Shown here piece by piece: positions 28,186-37,182 of a stretch of DNA of 39,846 bases. Position 1 is the stretch's first letter. Every line of letters starts with the position of its first letter. The stretch is taken from the NCBI GenBank assembly GCA_913041075.1, contig CAJWGZ010000001.1, positions 1-39,846 on the forward strand. Direction: 5' to 3'. Origin of the DNA: an uncultured Fidelibacterota bacterium. GTDB lineage: Bacteria; Fidelibacterota; Marinisomatia; Marinisomatales; TCS55. Both the position numbers and the translations under genes were made by a program. The notes under the pieces were generated by a model. The model saw only the letters and a program-made list of their open reading frames with translations, had not been told where the DNA came from and made no database searches.

Positions 28186-28733
28186 GAGCGGTACTCCCAA
28201 CATTGATTTTGCCGTTTTTTGTTGGCTGTATTTACTATTCCATGGCTGGATCAATTCCGCCGCATATTAAAAGTATTGCTATTCCATTAGCGGAGAACCA
28301 GACTGCGGAGTTCGGCATGTCTGAAGCAGTAACTGATAATATGGTCAATGAGTTTACAGAGGAGAATATTCTTCGCCTTGTATCGGAGGACCAAGCCGAT
28401 TCTATTTTGAGAGGTAAGATAGTTAGCGTGAAAGATGCACCGTACACATACACAAAGCAGGAAGCTGTAACGGAATACCGTTTTACTATTACAATGGATC
28501 TGGAATGGTTTGATGTCAAAGAGGATAAGGTACTTTTGAAAAAACAATATTCAGGATTCGGGGCCTACGGCTTAAGTGGGGATATTAGTTCAGATGCAAT
28601 TGATAATGATGGCGATGGCTTGATTGATAGTGAAGATGAAGATGAATTTGGTGACCCAAGGGAGTTTGCTACTAAAGTAGCGGCAGAAAAAATAGCGCAA
28701 GATGTACTGAATGAAATCATGACATCATGGTAA
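28182..28733 (+). CDS. LptE-like lipoprotein with acidic DxDxDG-type C-terminal extension
   Basis: Lipobox-like FFVGC. The pattern IPPHIKSIAIPLAENQT...LT..f...ADSILRGKIVSV...VTEYRFTITMDLEWFD fits LptE-family proteins of FCB bacteria. Acidic tail AIDNDGDGLIDSEDEDEFGD. ATGA overlap with the activator gene. Confidence 0.6.
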   Translation: MRAVLPTLILPFFVGCIYYSMAGSIPPHIKSIAIPLAENQTAEFGMSEAVTDNMVNEFTEENILRLVSEDQADSILRGKIVSVKDAPYTYTKQEAVTEYRFTITMDLEWFDVKEDKVLLKKQYSGFGAYGLSGDISSDAIDNDGDGLIDSEDEDEFGDPREFATKVAAEKIAQDVLNEIMTSW

Positions 28734-28762
28734 TTTTTAGCTTGAAAGGATGCCCGGAATAA

Positions 28763-30055
28763 ATGGAAAACACATATTTATCTGACATTGCAGATTACGA
28801 AAATCAGGAAGCCACTTTTAATGGTTGGGTATATAATACTAGATCCGTTGGGAAAATATGGTTCCTCATTTTGCGGGATGGTACGGGTATGACCCAATGT
28901 GTGGTTACCAGGGATGACACACCTAACGATATTTTTTGTTTGGAAAAATCTCTAACACAGGAATCATCTGTTTCGGTTACAGGAGTAGTTAAAAAGGAAC
29001 CACGTTCAGTTGGTGGACATGAAATACTAGTGAAAAATATTGTAGTGCACCAGGTTGCAGAAAAATATCCCATCACACACAAGGAACATGGCACATCTTT
29101 CCTCATGGACCATAGGCATTTATGGATTCGTTCGAAAAAACAGCACGCCATATTGAAAATTCGTCACCAGGTGGTCAAAGCTTGTAGGGATTTTTTGGAC
29201 AATAACGGTTTTATTTTAATTGACGCACCAATTTTTACGGCGAATGCTTGTGAAGGTACATCAAACTTGTTTGCTGTTGATTATTTTGAACGATCGGCCT
29301 ATTTAACCCAGAGCGGACAGTTGTATTCCGAAGCTACAGCGGCCAGTTTTGGCAAGGTCTATTGTTTTGGTCCAACTTTTAGAGCAGAGAAGTCCAAAAC
29401 AAGACGCCATCTCACTGAATTTTGGATGGTTGAGCCAGAAATGGCCTATTACAATCTCGATGATAACATGAATTTGGCAGAACTGTTTGTGGAATATATT
29501 GTGCAAAGTTGCCTTAAATACTGTCAAACAGAATTGAAAACACTGGAAAGAGATATTTCCAAGCTAGAAAACGTAAAAGTACCATTTCCACGGATCACTT
29601 ATGGTGAAGCAGTTAAGATACTTGAAGATCAGGGGTCAGAATTCAGCTATGGGTCAGACTTTGGCGGAACTGATGAGACGATTATATCTGACCAATATGA
29701 TAAACCAGTAATGGTACACCGGTGGCCTGCAAAGATAAAGGCTTTCTACATGAAACGTGATGCTGAGAATGATAACCTAGCGCTCGGTTTAGATATGCTT
29801 GCTCCGGAAGGATATGGTGAAATTATTGGCGGTGGACAACGAGAAGATGATTTGGTTATTCTGGAGAGCAGGATCAAAGAACATGATTTAGACATGAAAG
29901 ACTTCGGCTGGTATTTAGATCTACGTAAATATGGATCCGTGCCTCATTCCGGTTTTGGGTTAGGTATTGAGCGTACTGTGGCTTGGATCACCGGTATAAA
30001 ACATATCCGTGAAACAATTCCGTTTCCCAGAACAATTTATCGTCTTGATCCATGA
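28763..30055 (+). CDS. asnS: Asparagine--tRNA ligase
   Basis: Class II motifs [31 protein letters not shown] and [12 protein letters not shown]. The 430 aa length is typical of AsnRS. Confidence 0.9.
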   Translation: MENTYLSDIADYENQEATFNGWVYNTRSVGKIWFLILRDGTGMTQCVVTRDDTPNDIFCLEKSLTQESSVSVTGVVKKEPRSVGGHEILVKNIVVHQVAEKYPITHKEHGTSFLMDHRHLWIRSKKQHAILKIRHQVVKACRDFLDNNGFILIDAPIFTANACEGTSNLFAVDYFERSAYLTQSGQLYSEATAASFGKVYCFGPTFRAEKSKTRRHLTEFWMVEPEMAYYNLDDNMNLAELFVEYIVQSCLKYCQTELKTLERDISKLENVKVPFPRITYGEAVKILEDQGSEFSYGSDFGGTDETIISDQYDKPVMVHRWPAKIKAFYMKRDAENDNLALGLDMLAPEGYGEIIGGGQREDDLVILESRIKEHDLDMKDFGWYLDLRKYGSVPHSGFGLGIERTVAWITGIKHIRETIPFPRTIYRLDP

Positions 30056-30507
30056 ATTTCAGCCAGACCCGCATTGCAGTTTTTGGTGGTCGGCAAATAA
30101 GTGATAACATCTATCAGAAAGCATACAAACTGGGTGGCTTATTTGCTAAAGAAGGCTATCTTGTCTATTGTGGTGGAGGCAAGGGTGTAATGGAAGCAGT
30201 TTCTAAAGGTGTTAGTGAGAGTGGTGGTACTTGTGTGGGTATTTTAAAAGGGTTGATGCTGGATGAAATGAATGATTTTATAAAGGTACCAGTCGCAACG
30301 AATATGGGTATATCTCGCAATGCACTTTTGGCATATAATTGTGATGTTGCCGTGGCAATAAGCGGAAAATACGGGACATTATCCGAAATATCATACGCAC
30401 TACAGTTGGAAAAACCGATCATTGGTTTACACAGCTGGAAGATGAATGAATTTCGAAATGTTGATGAGCCAAATGAAGTTATAAAATTTATTAAAGAGAA
30501 TACTTAA
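30052..30507 (+). CDS. TIGR00725/LOG-like (SLOG superfamily) Rossmann-fold protein
   Basis: IAVFGG...A..LG..A..G..V.CGG..GVMEAV..G....GG..VGIL pattern. 151 aa. ATGA overlap with asnS. Confidence 0.55.
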   Translation: MNFSQTRIAVFGGRQISDNIYQKAYKLGGLFAKEGYLVYCGGGKGVMEAVSKGVSESGGTCVGILKGLMLDEMNDFIKVPVATNMGISRNALLAYNCDVAVAISGKYGTLSEISYALQLEKPIIGLHSWKMNEFRNVDEPNEVIKFIKENT

Positions 30508-30524
30508 AGTAATTAATTAATACT

Positions 30525-30797
30525 ATGAAAGCATTCAAAGCTACCGTATCTGGGAAAGTACAGGGAGTATGGTTCAGAGATTCAACTCGACAAGAGGCCA
30601 TTAAATTAAAAGTAACAGGTTGGGTGAAAAATATACCAGGCGGAACGGTATATCTGGAAGCAGAGGGTGAAGAAAATAATTTGAAATCCTTGGAAAGATG
30701 GATCCATATTGGTTCCCCCCATTCTCGTGTGGATAGAGTAGACTTGCAATGGAGTGAACCTACCAATACCTATTCAACCTTTGAGGTTATATTTTAA
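30525..30797 (+). CDS. acyP: Acylphosphatase
   Basis: VSGKVQGVWFRDSTRQEA, GWVKN and GTVYLEAEG motifs. 90 aa. Confidence 0.85.
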   Translation: MKAFKATVSGKVQGVWFRDSTRQEAIKLKVTGWVKNIPGGTVYLEAEGEENNLKSLERWIHIGSPHSRVDRVDLQWSEPTNTYSTFEVIF

Positions 30798-32413
30798 TGA
30801 AGATTGCCCTCTGTCAGATTAATCCCACTGTCGGTGCTTTTAAAGATAATAAAAAACTTATCCTAAGTAATTATCGTGAGGCCGTTAAACATGGGGCTGA
30901 ATTGGTCGTCTTCCCAGAAATGGTAATTACTGGATATCCCATTGCTGATCTATTGTATGAAGATGGTTTTGTGCGGGAAAATATGGCTATTCTAGCTGAA
31001 ATTACTTCCCAAGCGACTATACCCCTGGTGGTGGGCCATGTTCATGGCGAGAATGGCCATTTATACAATTCTGCTGCACTATGTGTAGATGGTCAGCAGC
31101 TTTTTAGATATGATAAAATATTATTACCCACCTATGATGTCTTTGATGAAGACCGTTATTTTAATGCTGGATCTGAATTAGGATTATGCAAGGTAGATAT
31201 TGGTGGGCAAGAGATCAATCTAGGACTGCAGATCTGTGAGGACCTTTGGGATGAGGATTATGACCGAAAAGTCACGGCAGAACTACAGCAAGCAGGAGCA
31301 GCATTTGTAGTGAATATTTCTGCTTCTCCATATCATGAACTGCGGCTGAAAGAAAGGTTGGGCCTTGTCCAAAATAAAGTGCAAGCAACTGGAATACCTT
31401 TTTTTTATTGCAACCTCGTTGGCGCTCAGGATGAACTTATTTTTGATGGACAGTCCTTGGCGGTAAATGGTACGGGAGAACTAATAGGTTTAGGCGCTAT
31501 ATTTTCTGAGGAGATCGTTTATGTTGATACGGATACAGACAGAAGAATTTTATTACCTGTAGATAATAGAGAAGGAGAATTGTATACTGGTTTGGTGCTC
31601 GGCGTACGGGATTATTTTAAGAAAACGGGGCACAAGGAAGCTGTAATTGGTTTAAGTGGTGGAATTGATTCGTCGTTGGTGGCCTGTATTGCTGCAGATG
31701 CCCTGGGAATGGAACATGTTCATGGTGTTTCCATGCCGTCCCGGTTCTCAAGCGATCATAGCAAAGATGATGCGCAACAATTGGCAGAGAACCTTGGTCT
31801 TGACTTTCGATCGATCACAATTCAAGGAATTGTTTCGGAGTATGAACATACACTCGGTCCTCATTTTGATGGTGCGGAACGCAATGTAACTGAAGAGAAT
31901 GTTCAAGCGCGCACGAGAGGTAATCTGCTCATGGCATTAAGCAATAAGTTTAACTGGCTTGTGTTATCTACGGGAAATAAAACAGAAATAGCTCTGGGCT
32001 ATTGCACGTTGTATGGTGATATGAGCGGTGGACTTGCTGTTATTTCAGATTTATCAAAGAACGATGTTTATGCACTGGCGAATTGGGTAAATAATGTTGC
32101 TGGTAAGGATAGAATTCCAGCGAATTGTATCGAAAAGCCACCTTCCGCTGAACTTGCACCAGAGCAAGTGGATCCTTTTGATTATGATATTGTCAGTCCA
32201 CTGGTGGACCGTATTATTGAAAATCGCGAATCACCAGCAGCATTAATCAAAGATGGAGTTGATCCTGATCTCGTCCATGATATTTATCGTAGGATCACAA
32301 TTAATGAATACAAGCGTCGTCAGGCGCCGCCGGGCCTGCGTGTGAGTTCGAAGGCTTTTGGGCTCGGTCGCAGAATTCCAATAGTAAACCATTTTATGGG
32401 GAGGCGAAGTTGA
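30797..32413 (+). CDS. nadE: Glutamine-dependent NAD+ synthetase
   Basis: N-terminal CN-hydrolase domain (VVFPEM, ICEDLW) and C-terminal PP-loop GLSGGIDSS. 538 aa. Confidence 0.9.
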   Translation: MKIALCQINPTVGAFKDNKKLILSNYREAVKHGAELVVFPEMVITGYPIADLLYEDGFVRENMAILAEITSQATIPLVVGHVHGENGHLYNSAALCVDGQQLFRYDKILLPTYDVFDEDRYFNAGSELGLCKVDIGGQEINLGLQICEDLWDEDYDRKVTAELQQAGAAFVVNISASPYHELRLKERLGLVQNKVQATGIPFFYCNLVGAQDELIFDGQSLAVNGTGELIGLGAIFSEEIVYVDTDTDRRILLPVDNREGELYTGLVLGVRDYFKKTGHKEAVIGLSGGIDSSLVACIAADALGMEHVHGVSMPSRFSSDHSKDDAQQLAENLGLDFRSITIQGIVSEYEHTLGPHFDGAERNVTEENVQARTRGNLLMALSNKFNWLVLSTGNKTEIALGYCTLYGDMSGGLAVISDLSKNDVYALANWVNNVAGKDRIPANCIEKPPSAELAPEQVDPFDYDIVSPLVDRIIENRESPAALIKDGVDPDLVHDIYRRITINEYKRRQAPPGLRVSSKAFGLGRRIPIVNHFMGRRS

Positions 32414-32853
32414 AATCATACCAAACACCTATTTTTTGCATATGGATCATTTTTGTGAGTATCATATCAGGACAATCAGAAGCACCGGCTGATTACTGGA
32501 CGAAGCTCAGTCAGGGGGAAAAAGTTGCCTTTGTAAATGGTGCGTATGGAGGCATTGCCCGGATGAAACTACACCATGAAAAAGAAGTGCAAAAACAGTA
32601 TATGAGTAATCCGTACTGGGTTCAACCATATTACATTAATCGGTTCTATGACATCGTAGATGAACATATATCTCAGGGAGTTACCTATGACCTGAATATT
32701 GTCGCCGGTCACATCGATGCGTTATACGCCAACTATGATAACAGAAACATACCGCTCATTGAAGCTATTCGAATTGTTTCTGTTGCGCAGGACGGAGAAC
32801 CCCAAAAAGCGGATCTAATTTTGCTTCGGGCGCAGAAAAAATACACGCCCTGA
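32410..32853 (+). CDS. Hypothetical secreted protein
   Basis: The TTG start overlaps the nadE TGA. Signal-peptide-like N-terminus (IFCIWIIFVSIISGQSEA). No recognisable motif. Confidence 0.45.
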   Translation: MKSYQTPIFCIWIIFVSIISGQSEAPADYWTKLSQGEKVAFVNGAYGGIARMKLHHEKEVQKQYMSNPYWVQPYYINRFYDIVDEHISQGVTYDLNIVAGHIDALYANYDNRNIPLIEAIRIVSVAQDGEPQKADLILLRAQKKYTP

Positions 32854-33360
32854 TTAATTCAGGATACTAATCTCTTTCGTAAACAGGGTAGAATTTGGTA
32901 TAAGAACTTTTTTCCCATCAGCTTCGATCGTTGTATAGCGCAAATCAATATTGATTACTTTTCCCTCGTGCCCAGCTACACCAATTATATCATGAACTTT
33001 GAATGGTCTATGCAGCAGGATCATAGAACCGGCAATTAAGTTTGATACCACATCCTTCAGAGCAAAACCTAGTGCAAAACCAGTGAGCCCCAACCCCGCA
33101 ACTAAAGCTGATACATTTATACCAATTGTTCCTAGCGCTGTAACGAGGCCAAAAATTATCAAACCAATTTTTGCTGTCCGACCAATGAGTTTTAGTAATT
33201 CCGGGTTCAACCCACGTTTGTTGGCCAATCGTGTTATTAAGAATTGGGTAAAGATTCCACTGATCCAGAACAGGATAAATATTGCTATACTCGCCATTAC
33301 GGCAGGAAAGATTTCCAAAATGTTTCGGTATGTTGTGGTGACCAAGGTACTCCAGTCCAT
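32854..33360 (-). CDS. Short mechanosensitive channel, MscS family (no C-terminal alpha/beta domain)
   Basis: GLGLTGFALGFALKDVVSNLIAGSMILLHRPFKV.D.I...G.EGKV..I.LRYT.I...DGK.VLIPNS is the MscS TM3 plus beta-domain signature. The protein ends right after it at 168 aa. Confidence 0.75.
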   Translation of the reverse strand: MDWSTLVTTTYRNILEIFPAVMASIAIFILFWISGIFTQFLITRLANKRGLNPELLKLIGRTAKIGLIIFGLVTALGTIGINVSALVAGLGLTGFALGFALKDVVSNLIAGSMILLHRPFKVHDIIGVAGHEGKVINIDLRYTTIEADGKKVLIPNSTLFTKEISILN

Positions 33361-33374
33361 AGATCAACTTACGA

Positions 33375-33419
33375 GAAAAGAAAAAATGAACCCAATAATT
33401 ATTGGTTGGTTTTCTTTTC
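33375..33419. promoter_or_regulatory. Extended imperfect inverted repeat in the divergent mscS-like / lepA intergenic region
   Basis: The outer arms GAAAAGAAAA (33375-33384) and TTTTCTTTTC (33410-33419) are exact reverse complements. The inner core CCAATAATTATTGG is a perfect 14-bp palindrome. A further AAC/GTT pairing lies between them. Confidence 0.45.
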
Positions 33420-33476
33420 GAAAAAATGACCGACTTTCAATAGTCAATCCCTGAGGAGCGGCTTAATTTCACACTT

Positions 33477-35276
33477 ATGATTCGAGATGAGATAAGAAAT
33501 TTTTGCATTATTGCCCATATTGATCACGGCAAATCAACTTTAGCCGATCGTTTGTTGGAAGACACCAAAACAGTAGCCAAAAAGGATATGCAGGATCAAG
33601 TGCTGGATAGTATGGACCTTGAACGTGAACGAGGTATCACGATTAAGAGCCATCCCATTCAAATTCATTATCAGCACAATGATGGTAAATCATATATTCT
33701 GAATCTCATAGATACACCCGGTCATGTCGATTTTTCTTACGAAGTGTCCCGTTCATTGGCTGCCTGCGAAGGCGCATTATTACTGGTGGATGCGGCCCAA
33801 GGTGTCGAGGCGCAAACCGTTAGCAATACGTACCTAGCCATTGAAAGTAATTTGAGCATAGTACCGATCATCAATAAAGTTGATTTACCCAGTGCCCAAA
33901 CACAGGAAGTCACCCAGCAACTTATTGAATTGATCGGCTGTGATGAAAATGACATCATTTTAGCCAGTGCAAAAGACGGTATTGGCATACAGGATATTTT
34001 TGATGCAATTATTAATAGAATACCTGCTCCACAGCAAAATTCTAATATCCCTACTCGGGCATTGATCTTTGATTCCACCTACAATAATTACTGCGGTGCA
34101 ATACCTTACGTTCGTGTGGTGGACGGTGTGCTTAAACCTGGGTTAACAGCGAGGTTTTTTGGTCACAGTCATGAATACGAGATAACAGAAGTGGGACATT
34201 TTGTGATAAAGATGATAAAAGCAAAAGAGCTACGTGCGGGGGATGTGGGTTATGTTATTGCTAATATCCGGGATGTAGCCCATATATTACCCGGTGATAC
34301 TTTAACAGCAAAACCAAACCAGGCTGTAGAACCACTCCCGGGTTTCAAACATATAAAACCAATGGTTTTTTCAGGCTTATACCCGTCCGATAGTGATGAT
34401 TATAACCAGCTACGCAAAGCGCTGGATAAACTGAAGCTAAATGATGCTTCTCTTATTTATGATCCTGAAACCAGTGAGGCCTTGGGGTTTGGTTTCCGCT
34501 GTGGTTTTCTTGGATTATTGCATATGGAAATCATCCAAGAACGTTTGGAAAGAGAGTTTAAGGTCAATTTAGTTACAACAACACCGAATGCACGGTACCT
34601 TGTGGTGCAAAAAAATGGCCAAGAGGTGGAGGTAGATACACCAGCCAAAATGCCGCCAAGTTCCGATATTCAGGATATCAAAGAACCATATATGGCATCG
34701 GAGATCATTACGCCAGTTGAATATATTGGTAAGATTATGAAACTATGTCAAAGTAAACGGGGCATTTATAAAAACACTGATTACATAACCAAAGATAAGG
34801 CTCAGTTACATTACGATCTCCCTCTGTCTGAAATAATATTTGATTTCTATGATAAATTAAAATCAGCTACCCGGGGGTATGCGTCTTTTGATTATACACT
34901 GGCTGACTACCGGCAAGGGGATTTAAAAAAACTGGATATATTGCTGAATGGTGAACCGGTGGATGCATTATCAATCATTACTCATGCCAGCGATGCATAT
35001 GATCGGGGTGTAGCGCTGTGTAGTAAATTAAAGGAACTAATACCGAGGCAACTTTTTGATGTTCCTATTCAGGCCTCATTGGGAACAAAAGTAATTGCCC
35101 GGTCAACAGTAAAGGCATTAAAAAAGAATGTAACGGCAAAATGTTATGGAGGGGATATTACCCGAAAGCGGAAACTTTGGGAAAAACAGAAGCAGGGGAA
35201 AAAACGCATGAAATTGATCGGGAAGATTGAGATTCCGCAGGAAGCCCTCCTGGCTGTGTTACAGATAGATAAATGA
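33477..35276 (+). CDS. lepA: Elongation factor 4
   Basis: IIAHIDHGKSTLADRL, DTPGHVDF, NKVDL, and the C-terminal KCYGGDITRKRKLWEKQKQGKKRMK. Confidence 0.95.
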   Translation: MIRDEIRNFCIIAHIDHGKSTLADRLLEDTKTVAKKDMQDQVLDSMDLERERGITIKSHPIQIHYQHNDGKSYILNLIDTPGHVDFSYEVSRSLAACEGALLLVDAAQGVEAQTVSNTYLAIESNLSIVPIINKVDLPSAQTQEVTQQLIELIGCDENDIILASAKDGIGIQDIFDAIINRIPAPQQNSNIPTRALIFDSTYNNYCGAIPYVRVVDGVLKPGLTARFFGHSHEYEITEVGHFVIKMIKAKELRAGDVGYVIANIRDVAHILPGDTLTAKPNQAVEPLPGFKHIKPMVFSGLYPSDSDDYNQLRKALDKLKLNDASLIYDPETSEALGFGFRCGFLGLLHMEIIQERLEREFKVNLVTTTPNARYLVVQKNGQEVEVDTPAKMPPSSDIQDIKEPYMASEIITPVEYIGKIMKLCQSKRGIYKNTDYITKDKAQLHYDLPLSEIIFDFYDKLKSATRGYASFDYTLADYRQGDLKKLDILLNGEPVDALSIITHASDAYDRGVALCSKLKELIPRQLFDVPIQASLGTKVIARSTVKALKKNVTAKCYGGDITRKRKLWEKQKQGKKRMKLIGKIEIPQEALLAVLQIDK

Positions 35277-35291
35277 TTTATAAATTAATCG

Positions 35292-36011
35292 ATGAATAAT
35301 TCCAGTTATTGGTCTACGACAAACTCACCCCTTTATAGTTTCATTTTTACTATTCCGCTATTTGTTATTTATGAGATCGGTGTATTCACCATTTCTGTAA
35401 ATGATATCGTAATACTCCGGAATGGTGCAGACGTACTTATGCGACAAGTTTTGGGTTTGTTTGGCATTTATGGCGTGTATGGGTTCAGCGCGTCATTCAT
35501 GATTGGTTTTATGGTTGCCTTCTTGCGCCAGAAAAAAGCGCTTAAATCCACTGCTATCCATGGAGAATATTTAATCTGGATGTTTCTGGAAAGTATTTTT
35601 TTGGGGTTTGCATTGTTCATCCTAATGGCATCCACAACACCGTTGCTGATTGCCAATACGACTGGGACAATGCTACAGCAAGTGGTGCTCTCAATTGGTG
35701 CTGGGATTTATGAGGAATTTGTGTTCCGTGTTATCCTTATCGCTGGATTTGGATCTATACTTGGTTTCATCTTCCAGTGGAAAAAAATAGCTAAAACAGT
35801 AAGTGGTATAATTTTTGCCGCCGCACTGTTCTCACTTTTTCATTTTATGGGTGATTATGGTGAAGATCCAAATTTTCCAGTATTCATGATGCGTTTTATC
35901 GCCGGTGTATTCCTGGGTATCATCTATGTGTTTCGCGGATTTGGGCCAGCAGCATACGCCCATACAGTCTATGATTTAATTGTGCTTACGCTTGTTACAA
36001 CGCAATTATGA
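35292..36011 (+). CDS. CPBP-family intramembrane glutamic endopeptidase
   Basis: EEFVFRVIL (EExxxR), FSLFHF (FxxxH) and a distal HTVYD motif within a polytopic membrane protein. Confidence 0.72.
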   Translation: MNNSSYWSTTNSPLYSFIFTIPLFVIYEIGVFTISVNDIVILRNGADVLMRQVLGLFGIYGVYGFSASFMIGFMVAFLRQKKALKSTAIHGEYLIWMFLESIFLGFALFILMASTTPLLIANTTGTMLQQVVLSIGAGIYEEFVFRVILIAGFGSILGFIFQWKKIAKTVSGIIFAAALFSLFHFMGDYGEDPNFPVFMMRFIAGVFLGIIYVFRGFGPAAYAHTVYDLIVLTLVTTQL

Positions 36012-36153
36012 TGGGTCAACAATAATTACCTTAGATTTGGTAACGGTATAATTATAAATTTTTAACCTGGATACGAAAATATCTTTACAAAGTTATACTA
36101 TTTTATCAGAATGTTCTTGCCATAGACGACCATTATGGGAACCATTTGCAGTT

Positions 36154-36303
36154 TTGGGTATTTTAGCAATTCTTGTGGGAATTAATTTTTACTACCAAAA
36201 AGATTATAGTAGTGTTTCCGATAGGGAAAAATATTGTCACGGATGTAGTAAAAAAATAGGTATTAGCGATAAATATTGCGCAAACTTTGGAGGAAAATTA
36301 TAA
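36154..36303 (+). CDS. Candidate small membrane protein with a degenerate C-terminal zinc-ribbon motif (start uncertain; possibly a gene remnant)
   Basis: The frame is open over 36058-36300 and stops at TAA 36301-36303, which overlaps the lgt ATG (TAATG). It encodes ...PFAVLGILAILVGINFYYQKDYSSVSDREKYCHGCSKKIGISDKYCANFGGKL. There is no in-frame ATG; the first TTG is at 36154. Absent from the ORF track because it is shorter than 60 aa. Confidence 0.25.
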   Translation: MGILAILVGINFYYQKDYSSVSDREKYCHGCSKKIGISDKYCANFGGKL

Positions 36304-37169
36304 TGTGGCCTGTAATCTATGATTTTGGAATAATTCGCTTTCTGGGCTTTGAATTTCATCTGGCCATTTATTCGTATGGCTTCATGCTGGTTGTGGCTTT
36401 TTATACCTGCTATGCATTACTGCTAAAGGAAATGCGCCGCTTAGGTTATGGGGATAAACTTGCTTCTGATATACTAACTGCGGCGGCGATTGGTGGAATT
36501 GTTGGATCAAAGATCTATTATCTATTGGAGAATTTTGATCGTGTACTGGGTGACCCCACAGGGATGATATTAAGCGGTGCGGGTCTTGTTTTCCTTGGTG
36601 GTTTAATGGGTGGAACTTTGGGAGTGACTATTGTGCTAAAAAAGAATGATTTACCTTGGTTAACCTTCGCTGATATTGTTGCCCCATTACTGATATTAGG
36701 CTACGCTATTGGTCGAGTCGGTTGTTTTTTGGTTGGGGATGATTATGGTCTACCAACGAAATTCTTAATTGGTATGACTTTTGAAAATGGTGCGCCGCCA
36801 ACAACATACGAATCATTCACTTACAATTATCCTTGGGTAGACCTATCTGGTTGGAATTCTGGTGATGTAATTACTGTATTTCCAACTCAAATCATGGAAA
36901 CGATCATTGGTTTAGGGATATTTTATTTTCTCTGGAATAAACGGGAAACTATCCAGGTCAAGGGCAGTTTGTTTTTTACATACCTTATTTTTGCTGGAAT
37001 AGAACGGTTCTGTATGGAGTTCATCCGTATTAATCCAAAGTATATCTGGATAGTTCAGCCAGCCTTTGGACTTTCTGGTGCTCAGCTAATATCAATCATA
37101 ATGATAGGTGTGGGTACCTACTTTCTAGTAAAACCGCCACAAGTATCTGAAACAAAACCAGTCAATTGA
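36303..37169 (+). CDS. lgt: Phosphatidylglycerol--prolipoprotein diacylglyceryl transferase
   Basis: GRVGCFLVGDDYG signature in a polytopic protein. The ATG at 36303 is preceded by GGAGG (36289-36293), which favours it over the TTG at 36276 in the ORF track. Confidence 0.88.
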   Translation: MWPVIYDFGIIRFLGFEFHLAIYSYGFMLVVAFYTCYALLLKEMRRLGYGDKLASDILTAAAIGGIVGSKIYYLLENFDRVLGDPTGMILSGAGLVFLGGLMGGTLGVTIVLKKNDLPWLTFADIVAPLLILGYAIGRVGCFLVGDDYGLPTKFLIGMTFENGAPPTTYESFTYNYPWVDLSGWNSGDVITVFPTQIMETIIGLGIFYFLWNKRETIQVKGSLFFTYLIFAGIERFCMEFIRINPKYIWIVQPAFGLSGAQLISIIMIGVGTYFLVKPPQVSETKPVN

Positions 37170-37182
37170 TCGTATTGGCCCT

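Noticed and set aside
32849-32863. The hairpin CCTGA-TTAAT-TCAGG spanning the two abutting convergent stop codons, considered as a bidirectional terminator.
   Set aside because: The stem is only 5 bp and has no flanking U/A tracts. That is too weak to call an intrinsic terminator.
32999-33454. A 151-aa + strand ORF, plus a second - strand ORF at 33008-33367, overlapping the MscS-like gene.
   Set aside because: The - strand frame 32854-33360 carries an unmistakable MscS TM3/beta-domain signature. The other frames have no motifs and extend into the promoter region.
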